In this document: positions 1-7,783 of the stretch, piece by piece | How positions within the stretch are numbered: position 1 is the stretch's first letter | Layout: each line of letters begins with the position of its first letter | Source of the DNA: Candidatus Caldarchaeales archaeon | Lineage (GTDB): Archaea > Thermoproteota > Nitrososphaeria_A > Caldarchaeales > Calditenuaceae | Assembly (NCBI GenBank): GCA_032249095.1 | Contig: JAVVGN010000029.1 | Span: 1 to 21,348, forward strand | Direction of reading: 5' to 3' | Length of the DNA stretch: 21,348 nucleotides | Position numbers and translations under genes: made by a program | Notes under the pieces: generated by a model | Databases searched by the model: none | What the model was told of the DNA's origin: nothing | The model's input: the letters and a program-made list of their open reading frames with translations, nothing else

Positions 1-30
1 CGAAGGGTTCTTTTCCGTAGTGTTTGGCGT

Positions 31-1161
31 ATGCTCTCCAGATTGTGGTCTCGTCCATCGAACCGTCAATCCTTTTTATTGGGCATGGGGGTAACCCCCT
101 TGAGGTGGCTGCGCGTGGAGGAGGCTGTCGAGTTGCTTAGGGAGCTGTGCATGAGGCACGCGCCTCCGGGCGGCGAGGGGGAGGTGGCTGGGGTCCTCGC
201 GAAGTTCCTCGAGGGATACTGTGACTCGGTCGAGCTCGACCTCATGGGCAACCTGCTGGTCAGGATAGGTAAGGGCGGGCCGAGGGTGATGCTGGCGGCC
301 CACATGGACGAGGTGGCGATGATGGTCAGGTGGATCGACGCCAACGGATTCCTCATCTTCACGCCCCTCGGAGGCCTCGACCCGAGGGTCCTCGTGGGCC
401 AGAGGGTCGTCGTCCACTCCGAGAAGGGCCCCCTAGACGGATACATCGGCGCAAAGCCGCCCCACGTAGCCGGCCCCGAGGAGGCTAAGAGGGCGCCCGA
501 GATTAGGGATCTCTACATAGACATCGGGGCCTCGAGCAGGGAGGAGGCGGCCTCGGCCGGTGTCAAGATAGGGACTTTCGCCACCTTTCCACCCAGCTTC
601 GCGAGACTCCTCGGCACGCGGGTGATGGGCAAGGCCTTCGACGACAGGGCGGGCTGCGCCGTCGCGGCCCTCGCTGCGCGGGAGGCCTCCCGGATGGGGC
701 TCGAGCTGGAGATCTACGCGGCCTTCACGGTCCAGGAGGAGGTGGGCCTTAGGGGCGCCTCGACCGCGGTCAACGCCGTCTCACCGAGCTACGCCCTGGT
801 CCTCGAGGGGACGGTCGCGGCCGACACCCCCGGCGTCCCTGAGTCCGAGACGGTCACAAGGCTGGGGGCAGGCCCGGCGGTGAGGGTTCTCGACTCCTCC
901 ATGATCACGGGGCGCGAGGTTCTCAGGCTCCTCGAGAGGGCCGCGGCGCGGGTCGGAGTGCCTTACCAGCTCCAGATAGTTCCGGGCAGCGCGACCGACG
1001 CCGGCCGGATACACCTGCACGGCAGGGGGGTCGCGACGGGCGTGGTGGGCGTCCCCTGCAGATACCTCCACTCGCCGAACCTTGTGCTGGACCTTAGGGA
1101 CCTGGAGGCGGCCGTAAGGCTTACGGCCGAGGCGCTCAGGCTCCTCTCCGAGCGCGTCTAG
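31..1161 (+). CDS. M42-family metallo-aminopeptidase (TET/FrvX-like)
   Basis: 376-aa ORF with family motifs LAAHMDEVAMMV, GKAFDDRAGCA and FTVQEEVGLRGA. The true start is perhaps ATG 85 (MGVTPLRWLRVEEAVELL). Confidence 0.85.
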   Translation: MLSRLWSRPSNRQSFLLGMGVTPLRWLRVEEAVELLRELCMRHAPPGGEGEVAGVLAKFLEGYCDSVELDLMGNLLVRIGKGGPRVMLAAHMDEVAMMVRWIDANGFLIFTPLGGLDPRVLVGQRVVVHSEKGPLDGYIGAKPPHVAGPEEAKRAPEIRDLYIDIGASSREEAASAGVKIGTFATFPPSFARLLGTRVMGKAFDDRAGCAVAALAAREASRMGLELEIYAAFTVQEEVGLRGASTAVNAVSPSYALVLEGTVAADTPGVPESETVTRLGAGPAVRVLDSSMITGREVLRLLERAAARVGVPYQLQIVPGSATDAGRIHLHGRGVATGVVGVPCRYLHSPNLVLDLRDLEAAVRLTAEALRLLSERV

Positions 1162-1447
1162 CCCTCGCTAAGATCTCCTCGATCCTCTCGGCTAGCCTGA
1201 AGTCGAGGTCCGTGAGGCCCCCCGCGTCGTGGGTCGTCAGCCTTATCCTGAGGTAGCCATAGCCGATCTCTACGTCGGGGTGATGCTCCATCTCCTCCGC
1301 CACCCTCGCTATCTTGTTGAGCAGCCTCAGGGCGCCGGCGAAGTCGCCCGTCTCGACGCTTCTGTAGAGGCTCCGGCCCGCCAGCCTCCAGGGCCTGAGG
1401 GACGCCACCCTCCTCCTCGCCTCCGCCAGCCCCACACGCCTCGCCAC
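1136..1447 (-). CDS. pterin-4-alpha-carbinolamine dehydratase (PCD/DCoH family)
   Basis: 103-aa ORF with the hallmark EEMEHHPDVEIGYGYLRIRLTTHDAGGLTDLDFRLA. It converges on the M42 gene with a 26-nt 3' overlap. Confidence 0.85.
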   Translation of the reverse strand: MARRVGLAEARRRVASLRPWRLAGRSLYRSVETGDFAGALRLLNKIARVAEEMEHHPDVEIGYGYLRIRLTTHDAGGLTDLDFRLAERIEEILARARRARRGA

Positions 1448-1547
1448 GCCCCAGCCACTCCGCGCCCTCGGTAATATCTATGCACCCACAACAACTCTGC
1501 GGAGGCACGTATATTTCTCGCCGGGCACAGCATCCCTGCCGGGCGGC

Positions 1548-2036
1548 TTGAGGTTCCATAGGCTCGCGAAGAGCGATGCGAGGCGGCTTGCGGAGAGGCT
1601 TAGGGGGGCCGGCCTCGAGACCCCGGGGAGGGACGCGGCGGTCCTGGAGGAGGAGGGGGCGAGGATCTACTGGGTCGATGGCATGATCTTCGCGGAGGCC
1701 GGGGACGCGCTTTTTCCAGTCCTCGACGAGGCCTCGAACAGCAGCGTCCTCTCCAGGATGCCGAGCATAGTGGTCGATATGGGAGCGGTCTCCAGGATTG
1801 GGCGCGGGGCCGACGTCATGGGGCCGGGAGTCGTGGCCGTGGCGGGCGAGTTCGGCGTGGGAGACTTGGTGGTGGTGAGGGACGAGAGGCATGGGAGGGC
1901 GGTGGCGATCTGCAGGGCCCTGGCGCCGAGCGGGGAGCTGGCGCCGCGGGGGAGGGGCCGGGTCGCCGAGAACCTCCACCACCCCGACGACAGGTTCTGG
2001 AGGCTAGCCGCCAGGCTTAGAGAGCTTCTCAGATAG
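1548..2036 (+). CDS. PUA-domain RNA-binding protein
   Basis: 162-aa ORF with a TTG start. The C-terminal half (GADVMGPGVVAVAGEFGVGDLVVVRDERHGRAVAICRAL) looks like a PUA domain, and the size fits small archaeal PUA proteins. Confidence 0.7.
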   Translation: MRFHRLAKSDARRLAERLRGAGLETPGRDAAVLEEEGARIYWVDGMIFAEAGDALFPVLDEASNSSVLSRMPSIVVDMGAVSRIGRGADVMGPGVVAVAGEFGVGDLVVVRDERHGRAVAICRALAPSGELAPRGRGRVAENLHHPDDRFWRLAARLRELLR

Positions 2037-2359
2037 CCTGCCCCTAAGCCTCTCCATCTCGGATAGAAGCTCTCCATACAGCTCGAGGACCCTCTCAAGC
2101 CTCTCGAGTGCCTCCTCCTGTCCGGCCCGCCCCGCGCCGGCGGGCGTGTGGGGGATGAACCTTCCCCGGCCTGGGGCCCGGCGCCCCTCTGCCCCTCCTG
2201 CTGCTGTGGCGCGCGCTGCTGGGCCTCCTGCCTCCGCCGCTCCGGGGCTCGCGGCTGCATTGCTTCGCGCCTCGACTCCGGCGGCTTAGCCCTCTGCTCG
2301 CCGGCTTGGGCGGCCTCCTCGATGACCCTTATTAGGGGGTTGTCGAGCGCGCTAATCAT
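2004..2359 (-). pseudogene. small low-complexity/coiled-coil protein gene needing a -1 frame change (pseudogene, recoding or sequence error)
   Basis: The frame from ATG 2359 (MISALDNPLIRVIEEAAQAGEQ...) runs antisense deep into the PUA gene. The -1 frame carries a convincing C-terminus, QEEALERLERVLELYGELLSEMERLRGRLSEKLSKPGG, with its stop at 2004-2006, but it has no start codon. The junction must lie in the GC-rich stretch at about 2100-2250, which includes a G5 run at 2150-2154. Confidence 0.35.
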
Positions 2360-2363
2360 CTCC

Positions 2364-2480
2364 CTAAATGTCTAGAAGAGTCTTCTCTATCGGCTCCCTC
2401 AGCTCCTCGATCTGCTTGATCAGCTCGTCGGCGCTCCGGCCAGACTTTCCGCCTACAGCAACCTTAGCCGGAAGACTCAT
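2364..2480 (-). CDS. 38-aa hypothetical protein (MSLPAKVAVGGKSGRSADELIKQIEELREPIEKTLLDI)
   Basis: ATG at 2480 is preceded by a full Shine-Dalgarno complement, GGAGGTGAT (reverse complement of 2489-2497), with 8-nt spacing. Its stop lies 4 nt before the ATG of the next ORF. Confidence 0.45.
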   Translation of the reverse strand: MSLPAKVAVGGKSGRSADELIKQIEELREPIEKTLLDI

Positions 2481-2600
2481 GGCACCCAATCACCTCCGAG
2501 AAGGATGAGTCATGTAAGTTAAGTTAAAGTTAAGTATAGATCGCCACGCATTTCATATGAAACTGAAATATAAAAAAATTATTAAACGTATAAGCTTTTC

Positions 2601-2675
2601 CCGATAGGGGATACGTCCTAGGTGATACGGGAGACATATCTTCCAAGGGAGACGTAGGCGACATATATTATATGG
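2601..2675. promoter_or_regulatory. divergent promoter region with short direct repeats upstream of the RHH-ParA operon
   Basis: GATACG occurs twice (2610-2615, 2624-2629), GGGAGAC twice (2629-2635, 2647-2653) and GACATAT twice (2633-2639, 2660-2666). A TATA-like ATATATTATAT at about 2663-2673 sits roughly 25 nt before ATG 2697, which suggests a leaderless transcript. Confidence 0.35.
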
Positions 2676-2696
2676 GCGCCGCCAGAGATTTCCGTC

Positions 2697-3020
2697 ATGT
2701 CAAGCCAGACCCGGCGCTTACCCTCAGACTATCTTGACAGAGTGCTGCCTTCGGTCGAGGAACTCTTCGGTGCCGCCGCGGAGGCGGGCAGGCCGGCTGG
2801 GTCCGGCGTTGGGGCTGGAGAACCGGCTAGGGCCGGCGGCAGGAGGAAGGTCCACTTCTACATGGATATGGAGGACTACGAGGTACTGATGAGGCTTGTG
2901 GGCAGGCTGGCCGAGATGCAGGGCCCGGTCGCGGACCCTCATGGACTGGTCTCGAAGGTCCTGAGGGTCTCGGTGAAGATCGGGCTCAGGGAGCTTGTCT
3001 CTCGTGTGGGACAGGGGTGA
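2697..3020 (+). CDS. hypothetical protein, possible ribbon-helix-helix DNA binder
   Basis: 107-aa ORF. The segment RRKVHFYMDMEDYEVLMRLVGRLAE has a strand-helix pattern typical of RHH folds. Its stop overlaps the ParA GTG by 4 nt (GTGA), which suggests translational coupling. Confidence 0.5.
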   Translation: MSSQTRRLPSDYLDRVLPSVEELFGAAAEAGRPAGSGVGAGEPARAGGRRKVHFYMDMEDYEVLMRLVGRLAEMQGPVADPHGLVSKVLRVSVKIGLRELVSRVGQG

Positions 3021-3889
3021 CGTGGGTGACGCGTCGGACGTGGGTGATATCGGTGGCGAACCAGAAGGGCGGGGTCGGGAAGACGACGAGCGTCATAAAC
3101 CTCTCAGCAGCGCTCGCAAAGGTCTACGGGCTGAAGATACTGGCGATAGACATGGACCCCCAGGGCCACCTCGCCCTCTCACTAGGCATAGACGCCCACG
3201 ATACCTCAGCAACCATCACCTCAGCCCTCGTCGGCGCCCGCCTCCTCGAGGAGGTGGTCAGGGAGACCCAGATCCCCGGCCTCTACGTCGCGCCCAGCAA
3301 CGACTCTCTCGCCGCGGCGGAGGACAGGATCTCGAGGCAGCCGGGCAGGGAGGGCGTTCTGGCCTCGGTACTTGGGAGCGTCCGCCAGCGCTACGACGGA
3401 ATAATCATCGACACGCCGCCAAGCCTCGGCGTCCTGACATTCAACTCTATATATGCGGCCGACTACTTGCTCATCCCCATCCAGCCCCGGCTCTACAGCA
3501 TCGACGGCCTCCGGCGGCTCTACACGATCACCCGGCTAATGGCCACCCGGCTCGGTCGGAGGGTCGAGATACTCGGACACTTCTTAAGCATGGTCGACAA
3601 CCGCTACAGGGTCACTAGGGAGGTGCGGAGCGACCTCAGGGCGAGGCTCGGAGACGGCCTCTTCAGGACCGAGATACCTCTCAGCGTGAAGGCGGAGGAG
3701 GGCCACTTTCACAGGGCGCCCCTCGTGGTCTATGCGCCCGACTCGGAGCCGGCCCGCGCCTACGTCTCGCTCGCGGCCGAGGTCCTCGAGCGCCTTGAGA
3801 GGTATCACGGAGAGAGTCTCGGGGGAGTGGGGGCCGCCCCAGGGGCCCGGAGCACTAATGAGGGCGCGCTCGTTGACAAAACTGGCTAG
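3017..3889 (+). CDS. parA: ParA/Soj/MinD-family partition ATPase
   Basis: Deviant Walker A VANQKGGVGKTTSVINLSAALA, then ILAIDMDPQGHL, and Walker B-like YDGIIIDTPPSLG. Confidence 0.9.
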   Translation: MTWVTRRTWVISVANQKGGVGKTTSVINLSAALAKVYGLKILAIDMDPQGHLALSLGIDAHDTSATITSALVGARLLEEVVRETQIPGLYVAPSNDSLAAAEDRISRQPGREGVLASVLGSVRQRYDGIIIDTPPSLGVLTFNSIYAADYLLIPIQPRLYSIDGLRRLYTITRLMATRLGRRVEILGHFLSMVDNRYRVTREVRSDLRARLGDGLFRTEIPLSVKAEEGHFHRAPLVVYAPDSEPARAYVSLAAEVLERLERYHGESLGGVGAAPGARSTNEGALVDKTG

Positions 3890-3907
3890 CAGGGAGGCGT
3901 CGAGTAG

Positions 3908-4330
3908 ATGACTGTTTCCGCCCAAGAATATTCGGGCTCTCCTGCCGAGATAGTCGAGAAGGAGCCGATCCTGAGGCTCCTCCTGAGGGGCTCCTCCCTC
4001 ACGAGGCGCCAGCTTGAGGCTCTCTTCCTCGAGGCGGAGGACTATGTGCTGGGCCGGAGGAGGACCTTTGAGGAGAAGGCTAGGCTCCTAGGCGTCTCGA
4101 GGGGCACCTACGCCAGGATACTTGGCCAAGCCCTCAGAAACGTCTCCCAGTCCCTCTACACCCTGCTCCTCTTGGGGTATCTTGGGATGCTTGGGGAGAG
4201 ACGGTTCTCGTGGCTGATGGAGCTGGGCAGGGCCCTCGAGGACGGGGAGATAGAGGAGGCCCTTGAGATGCTGGCCCAGCTGGCCAAGGAGGCTAGCCCG
4301 CGTCCCCGACCTCCTCCGCTCTTTCCCTAG
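3908..4330 (+). CDS. HTH DNA-binding protein (sigma-70 region 4 / Tfx-like helix-turn-helix)
   Basis: 140-aa ORF containing LTRRQLEALFLEAEDYVLGRRRTFEEKARLLGVSRGTYARILGQALRNV. A GGGAGG sits upstream of the ATG, and the gene lies 18 nt after the ParA stop. Confidence 0.6.
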   Translation: MTVSAQEYSGSPAEIVEKEPILRLLLRGSSLTRRQLEALFLEAEDYVLGRRRTFEEKARLLGVSRGTYARILGQALRNVSQSLYTLLLLGYLGMLGERRFSWLMELGRALEDGEIEEALEMLAQLAKEASPRPRPPPLFP

Positions 4331-4724
4331 GAAGCCTATACCTGATGTTGTTCATGGAGCCCCCAGCCCTCTCCAGGAACCCCCTCTCAGCGAGCCTCGA
4401 GAGATAGGTCGAGGCGGTGCTGAGCGAGATCTGCTCGCCGTACTCTGACTGGTAAGCCTCGACGACATCCCTCGAGGTGAAGTTGGTGTAGGGGAAGCGT
4501 CTCTCGACGAGCCTCGCAAGCCTCGTAAGCTTGTTCTCCATCGAGGGCGAGGGCCTCTCCCCCCCACCCCCATAAAGCTCTACGAGGTCGGCCAGCTGCA
4601 TAATCTTTTCCCTAGTCACCCTACCCTCGAGTATCATCGTGAGCTTGTCGCCGTCGTCTCCGACGATCTCGAGCTTTACGCGCCTCCGCGGGGGCAAGCA
4701 GGGTCCGGGCCGGCCCGTGCGCAC
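4293..4724 (-). CDS. winged-helix DNA-binding protein
   Basis: The C-terminal part FTSRDVVEAYQSEYGEQISLSTASTYLSRLAERGFLERAGGSMNNIRYRL is wHTH-like. The start is uncertain: GTG 4724 or ATG 4637. The longer extension to 4904 reads as non-coding. It converges on the HTH gene with a 38-nt overlap. Confidence 0.55.
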   Translation of the reverse strand: MRTGRPGPCLPPRRRVKLEIVGDDGDKLTMILEGRVTREKIMQLADLVELYGGGGERPSPSMENKLTRLARLVERRFPYTNFTSRDVVEAYQSEYGEQISLSTASTYLSRLAERGFLERAGGSMNNIRYRLPRERAEEVGDAG

Positions 4725-4966
4725 CCAGCCTATAACCCTTTGGGGTATGCTCCGCCGATGGAGGGCCGGGGCCTTACCGCTCAGGGCCTGTCCCCGAGGC
4801 GCCTCCGCCGCCACCAGCCTCCATGGCCAACACGCGTGGCCATTCCCAGACCCTCGTGACGCGGGCTCCAGCGCTTCTCCTCGCGGACGGTCGAGACTCC
4901 CCACTGGAACATAGAGATAGTGGACAGTGAGAAGCCCGTGATAAGGATCAGGGTGGAGTGGCCGTG

Positions 4967-5785
4967 ATGGTCCACCAAATACCCGTCGTGGAGATACAGA
5001 AGACCCCGATGAATCCCCGCCAAGTGGTGAGCCGGGAAAGGATCGAGGCGCTCGCCACCACTATACGCCAGATAGGTGTCGCGCAGCCGCTCGTCCTCTG
5101 GCTGAACAGGAGGGCCGGGATGAGGTCCTAGACGGCTGAAGGAGGCTCGAGGCAGCGAAGATGGCTGGGCTGGCGGAGGTGCCGGCCCTCATCTACGAGG
5201 TCGAGGCTGAGGAGGCCATGAAGATCGCCTTCTCGATCCACCTGAGCCAGGAGAACCTGGGCCGCGAGGAGCTGGTGAGCTACATCAGCCTGATGGTGGA
5301 GAGGGAGGTCTCCGGGAGCATCGAGGAGGCCTGCGCCCACTTCATGATCAGCGGGTCCTGGTACTACTAGCTGGAGAGGGTCCGTAGGGCGAGAAGCGAG
5401 TAGCTGCCCGTTAGCGTGAGGTCACTCGTCTCCGGGTCAGGCCTCATGGAGGACGAGAAGAGGAGGCTTCTCAGGGAGGCGGGGGAGTGGAGGCTATCGG
5501 CGAGGGAGGTTAGGAGAGTGCTGGAGTTCGCGGAAAGCATGGAGCTCGAGGCCTCCATAGAGGCGGTCGTGACCGCTAGGCCTAGGCTGGTCTACTCGGA
5601 CCCCCCTGACGGGCGAGGAGATTTACGAGTGCAGCGGCCAGAAGAGGTACAGCCTAAGGATTGTGGGCGGAAGCGTCTTGGTCGAGGGAGGCGAGGCGGG
5701 GTCTCTGAGGATGCCGAGGACGGACATCGGGGTTCTGCTGGGCCTGCTGAGGGCTGCCGAGTCTGGGAGGCCTCAGAGGAGATAG
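4967..5785 (+). pseudogene. ParB/Srx-like N-terminal-domain protein, decayed
   Basis: Joining frames gives MVHQIPVVEIQKTPMNPRQVVSRERIEALATTIRQIGVAQPLVLWLNRRAG / DEVLDG*RRLEAAKMAGLAEVPALIYEVEAEEAMKIAFSIHLSQENL. There is an in-frame TGA at 5137-5139 inside the DGxRR box and in-frame TAGs at 5368-5370 and 5401-5403. Frame changes occur near 5117-5121 and at the C6 run 5601-5606. The last frame ends at 5783-5785. Confidence 0.7.
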
Positions 5786-5800
5786 GCTCCTCCTCGGCGA

Positions 5801-6907
5801 TCATCTGCTCCTACTCACGAGGTACTCTGCGAGCCCTCGGAGGAGCTCCTTCGCCCGCCCCTCGCGCAGGTGCTGCTCGACTCCGCGCCAAGACTCCTCA
5901 ACCATCCTCTCGGCGACGGCCCGGCTGTACTCAATCGCTCCGCTCTCCCTTATCAGATCTATCCCCTCGGTTATTAGGGCCCTGTCGCTCGTCCTCATCT
6001 CTAGAATCCTCAGAAGTCTCTCAGACTTCTCGCGCGGGAGTCTCCGAAGCGCGTGGATGACCATGAGTGTCCGCTTCCCCTCCCGGATGTCGCCCCCTAT
6101 CTCCTTGCCATAGAGGACCTCGTCTCCGACTAGGTTGAGCAGGTCGTCCTGGATCTGGAAGGCGACGGCGATGGAGGTGGAGAACCTGCTGAGCGCCTCC
6201 TCAACCTTGCCGTCGGCCCGCGCTAGGGCGCATGCCATCCTGACGGGCATCCTCGCGAGGCTCCCCGTCTTCAGGCTGCACATAGTCAGGTAGCCGTCCT
6301 CGCCCGGAACCCCGCCGAAGGACCTGTGCCAAGCTATGTCGAGTGCCTGGCCGATGCTCAGCCTCACCATCTCCTCAACATAGATCCTGAGGAGGGTGTG
6401 CTCTAGGTCTGCGGGGAGTTGGTGCTCGGCTAGGAGGGCGGCGATGGGGAGGTAGTAGAGCGTGTTGCCAGCGTTTATCGCGATGTCCTCTCCGTAGATC
6501 TTGTGGATGCAGGGCTTCCCCCTCCTATAGTCGCTCCCATCCTCCACGTCGTCCACGATCAGCGTGCCGTTATGTATTAGCTCGGGGATAGCCATCAACT
6601 TTACCACGTCCTCGCCCCTCCCCCCGAGGGCCTCGTAGGTGAGGATGCCTAGGATCGGCCTCCAACGCTTCCCACCCCTGTCGAGTAGGTCCCAGACAGG
6701 CCTCGCCAAAGACTCGCGCAGAGCCTCGACGTCGAGCTCGCCCTCTATCCGCGCCACCCTGCGGAAGTATTCCTTCGCGGGAATCCTCGGAAGCATCTCC
6801 TCGAGAGCCCTGTTCACGGCTTCTACGTAGGGCCTCAGCTCCTTCTCGGTATCCACGCCCCAGCCATAGCGCCGGCCATTTATGAGCCTAATTGTTGGAC
6901 TCGCCAC
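5801..6907 (-). CDS. trans-polyprenyl (geranylgeranyl-type) diphosphate synthase
   Basis: 368-aa ORF. The first Asp-rich motif is LIHNGTLIVDDVEDGSDYRRGKPCIHKIYG and the second is FQIQDDLLNL. Confidence 0.9.
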   Translation of the reverse strand: MASPTIRLINGRRYGWGVDTEKELRPYVEAVNRALEEMLPRIPAKEYFRRVARIEGELDVEALRESLARPVWDLLDRGGKRWRPILGILTYEALGGRGEDVVKLMAIPELIHNGTLIVDDVEDGSDYRRGKPCIHKIYGEDIAINAGNTLYYLPIAALLAEHQLPADLEHTLLRIYVEEMVRLSIGQALDIAWHRSFGGVPGEDGYLTMCSLKTGSLARMPVRMACALARADGKVEEALSRFSTSIAVAFQIQDDLLNLVGDEVLYGKEIGGDIREGKRTLMVIHALRRLPREKSERLLRILEMRTSDRALITEGIDLIRESGAIEYSRAVAERMVEESWRGVEQHLREGRAKELLRGLAEYLVSRSR

Positions 6908-6957
6908 GAGAAGCTAAGCTAAATAAACAAGTTTTTAGTATAGAATTCGCCTAAAGC

Positions 6958-7257
6958 TCATGCTTCTGTCCTCGGGTATCCGTATAGCGTTAGTTGTCCT
7001 TTTCCCCTGAATATTACCTCGCTTCCCCACAGGTCTAGCTGTATGGGGATGTTTCCGTGTTCTAGTCCCAATATGTGTCTTAGTTTAGACCTTTCCTTCT
7101 TTACTACTCTTATCTCCTTCTCTAAGCCCTTAATGTTTGTTTGTGTGTGGTAGATTTCTCTTGGCAGTATTAGTCCCTTTGGGGTCTTTATGTATCCTGG
7201 TAGTAGTTCCTTGGCGCTCTCTGTGAGGTATAGTAGGATGTTTCGAGCCATCTCCAA
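6958..7257 (-). CDS. hypothetical protein (low-GC island)
   Basis: 99-aa ORF with TTG/ATG starts at 7257/7251. I recognise no motif, and its codon usage differs from the flanking core genes. Confidence 0.3.
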   Translation of the reverse strand: MEMARNILLYLTESAKELLPGYIKTPKGLILPREIYHTQTNIKGLEKEIRVVKKERSKLRHILGLEHGNIPIQLDLWGSEVIFRGKGQLTLYGYPRTEA

Positions 7258-7625
7258 ATCATCCTCCTCAATATGGGGTTTGGGGTGATTCTTATGGATG
7301 GTTTGTCCAGGTCGTAGCGCGCCCAGCTCAGGAATTTTTCCTACTGTTAGAGCCGACTCTCCCTAACTTTTTCTAGTAGCTTGCTTACTGTCTGTTGCGA
7401 CTGGGGTAGGCCAAGCCTTTAGACATAAGTTTCTTCCTAGCTAGTGGTCTAACCGGCCTATTGGGGCCACCACTCTTTATATGTGGGGCCGGTGGAGGGT
7501 CTTACCCGAACGGGTGATGGAGATAGGTTGGTGATGGCTTATCTGTGGATGAGGCTTAGTGGCGAGGAGCTAGGGAGGTATGAGGGCTACTACGGTGTCT
7601 TCAGGGACTATGGGTAGACGAGGGC

Positions 7626-7778
7626 ATGCGGCACTACAAGTCTTTCCTAATCATGCAGAGATTCGTCGCCGAGAATCTACCACCATTCAACTCAATAGTC
7701 CTAGAGAGGGAGCAGATAGAGAGGTTCCACATAGTGGCGAGGCCATACGAGATAAAGACACAGAATAAGGAGGTGTAG
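7626..7778 (+). CDS. 50-aa hypothetical ORF upstream of the IS110-like gene
   Basis: MRHYKSFLIMQRFVAENLPPFNSIVLEREQIERFHIVARPYEIKTQNKEV. A second short ORF (7534-7617, MAYLWMRLSGEELGRYEGYYGVFRDYG) lies in another frame just upstream. A TATA-like CTTTATAT sits at about 7475-7482. Confidence 0.25.
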   Translation: MRHYKSFLIMQRFVAENLPPFNSIVLEREQIERFHIVARPYEIKTQNKEV

Positions 7779-7783
7779 GGATA

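Noticed and set aside
66-1982. Long antisense or alternative-frame ORFs over the M42, PCD and PUA genes (66-446, 76-417, 781-1071, 1158-1982, 1229-1474, 1327-1533)
   Set aside because: These are typical shadow ORFs of high-GC coding DNA. Their products are Arg/Pro/Gly-rich low-complexity sequence with no motifs, and they overlap genes that have clear family signatures.
2511-2535. (TAAGT)-type microsatellite gtaagttaagttaaagttaagta in the divergent promoter region
   Set aside because: It is a simple A/T-rich tandem repeat of four units in a promoter spacer, with no evidence of function beyond low complexity.
2995-3618. 207-aa ORF overlapping parA in another frame
   Set aside because: It is a Pro/Arg-rich nonsense-like sequence, and the ParA frame carries the unambiguous Walker motifs.
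5137-5403. In-frame TGA and TAG codons as selenocysteine or pyrrolysine recoding
   Set aside because: The stops occur together with frameshifts in the same genes. They also occur in unrelated genes, and all three stop codons are involved, including a TAA in the IS6 relic. No recoding element or machinery is visible, so ordinary nonsense mutations are the simpler reading.
5416-6060. 214-aa ORF extending from the ParB-like region into the polyprenyl synthase gene
   Set aside because: Only its first roughly 60 codons look like protein and belong to the decayed ParB-like gene. After the C6 run the plausible reading shifts frame and stops at 5785. The rest is antisense to a well-supported gene.
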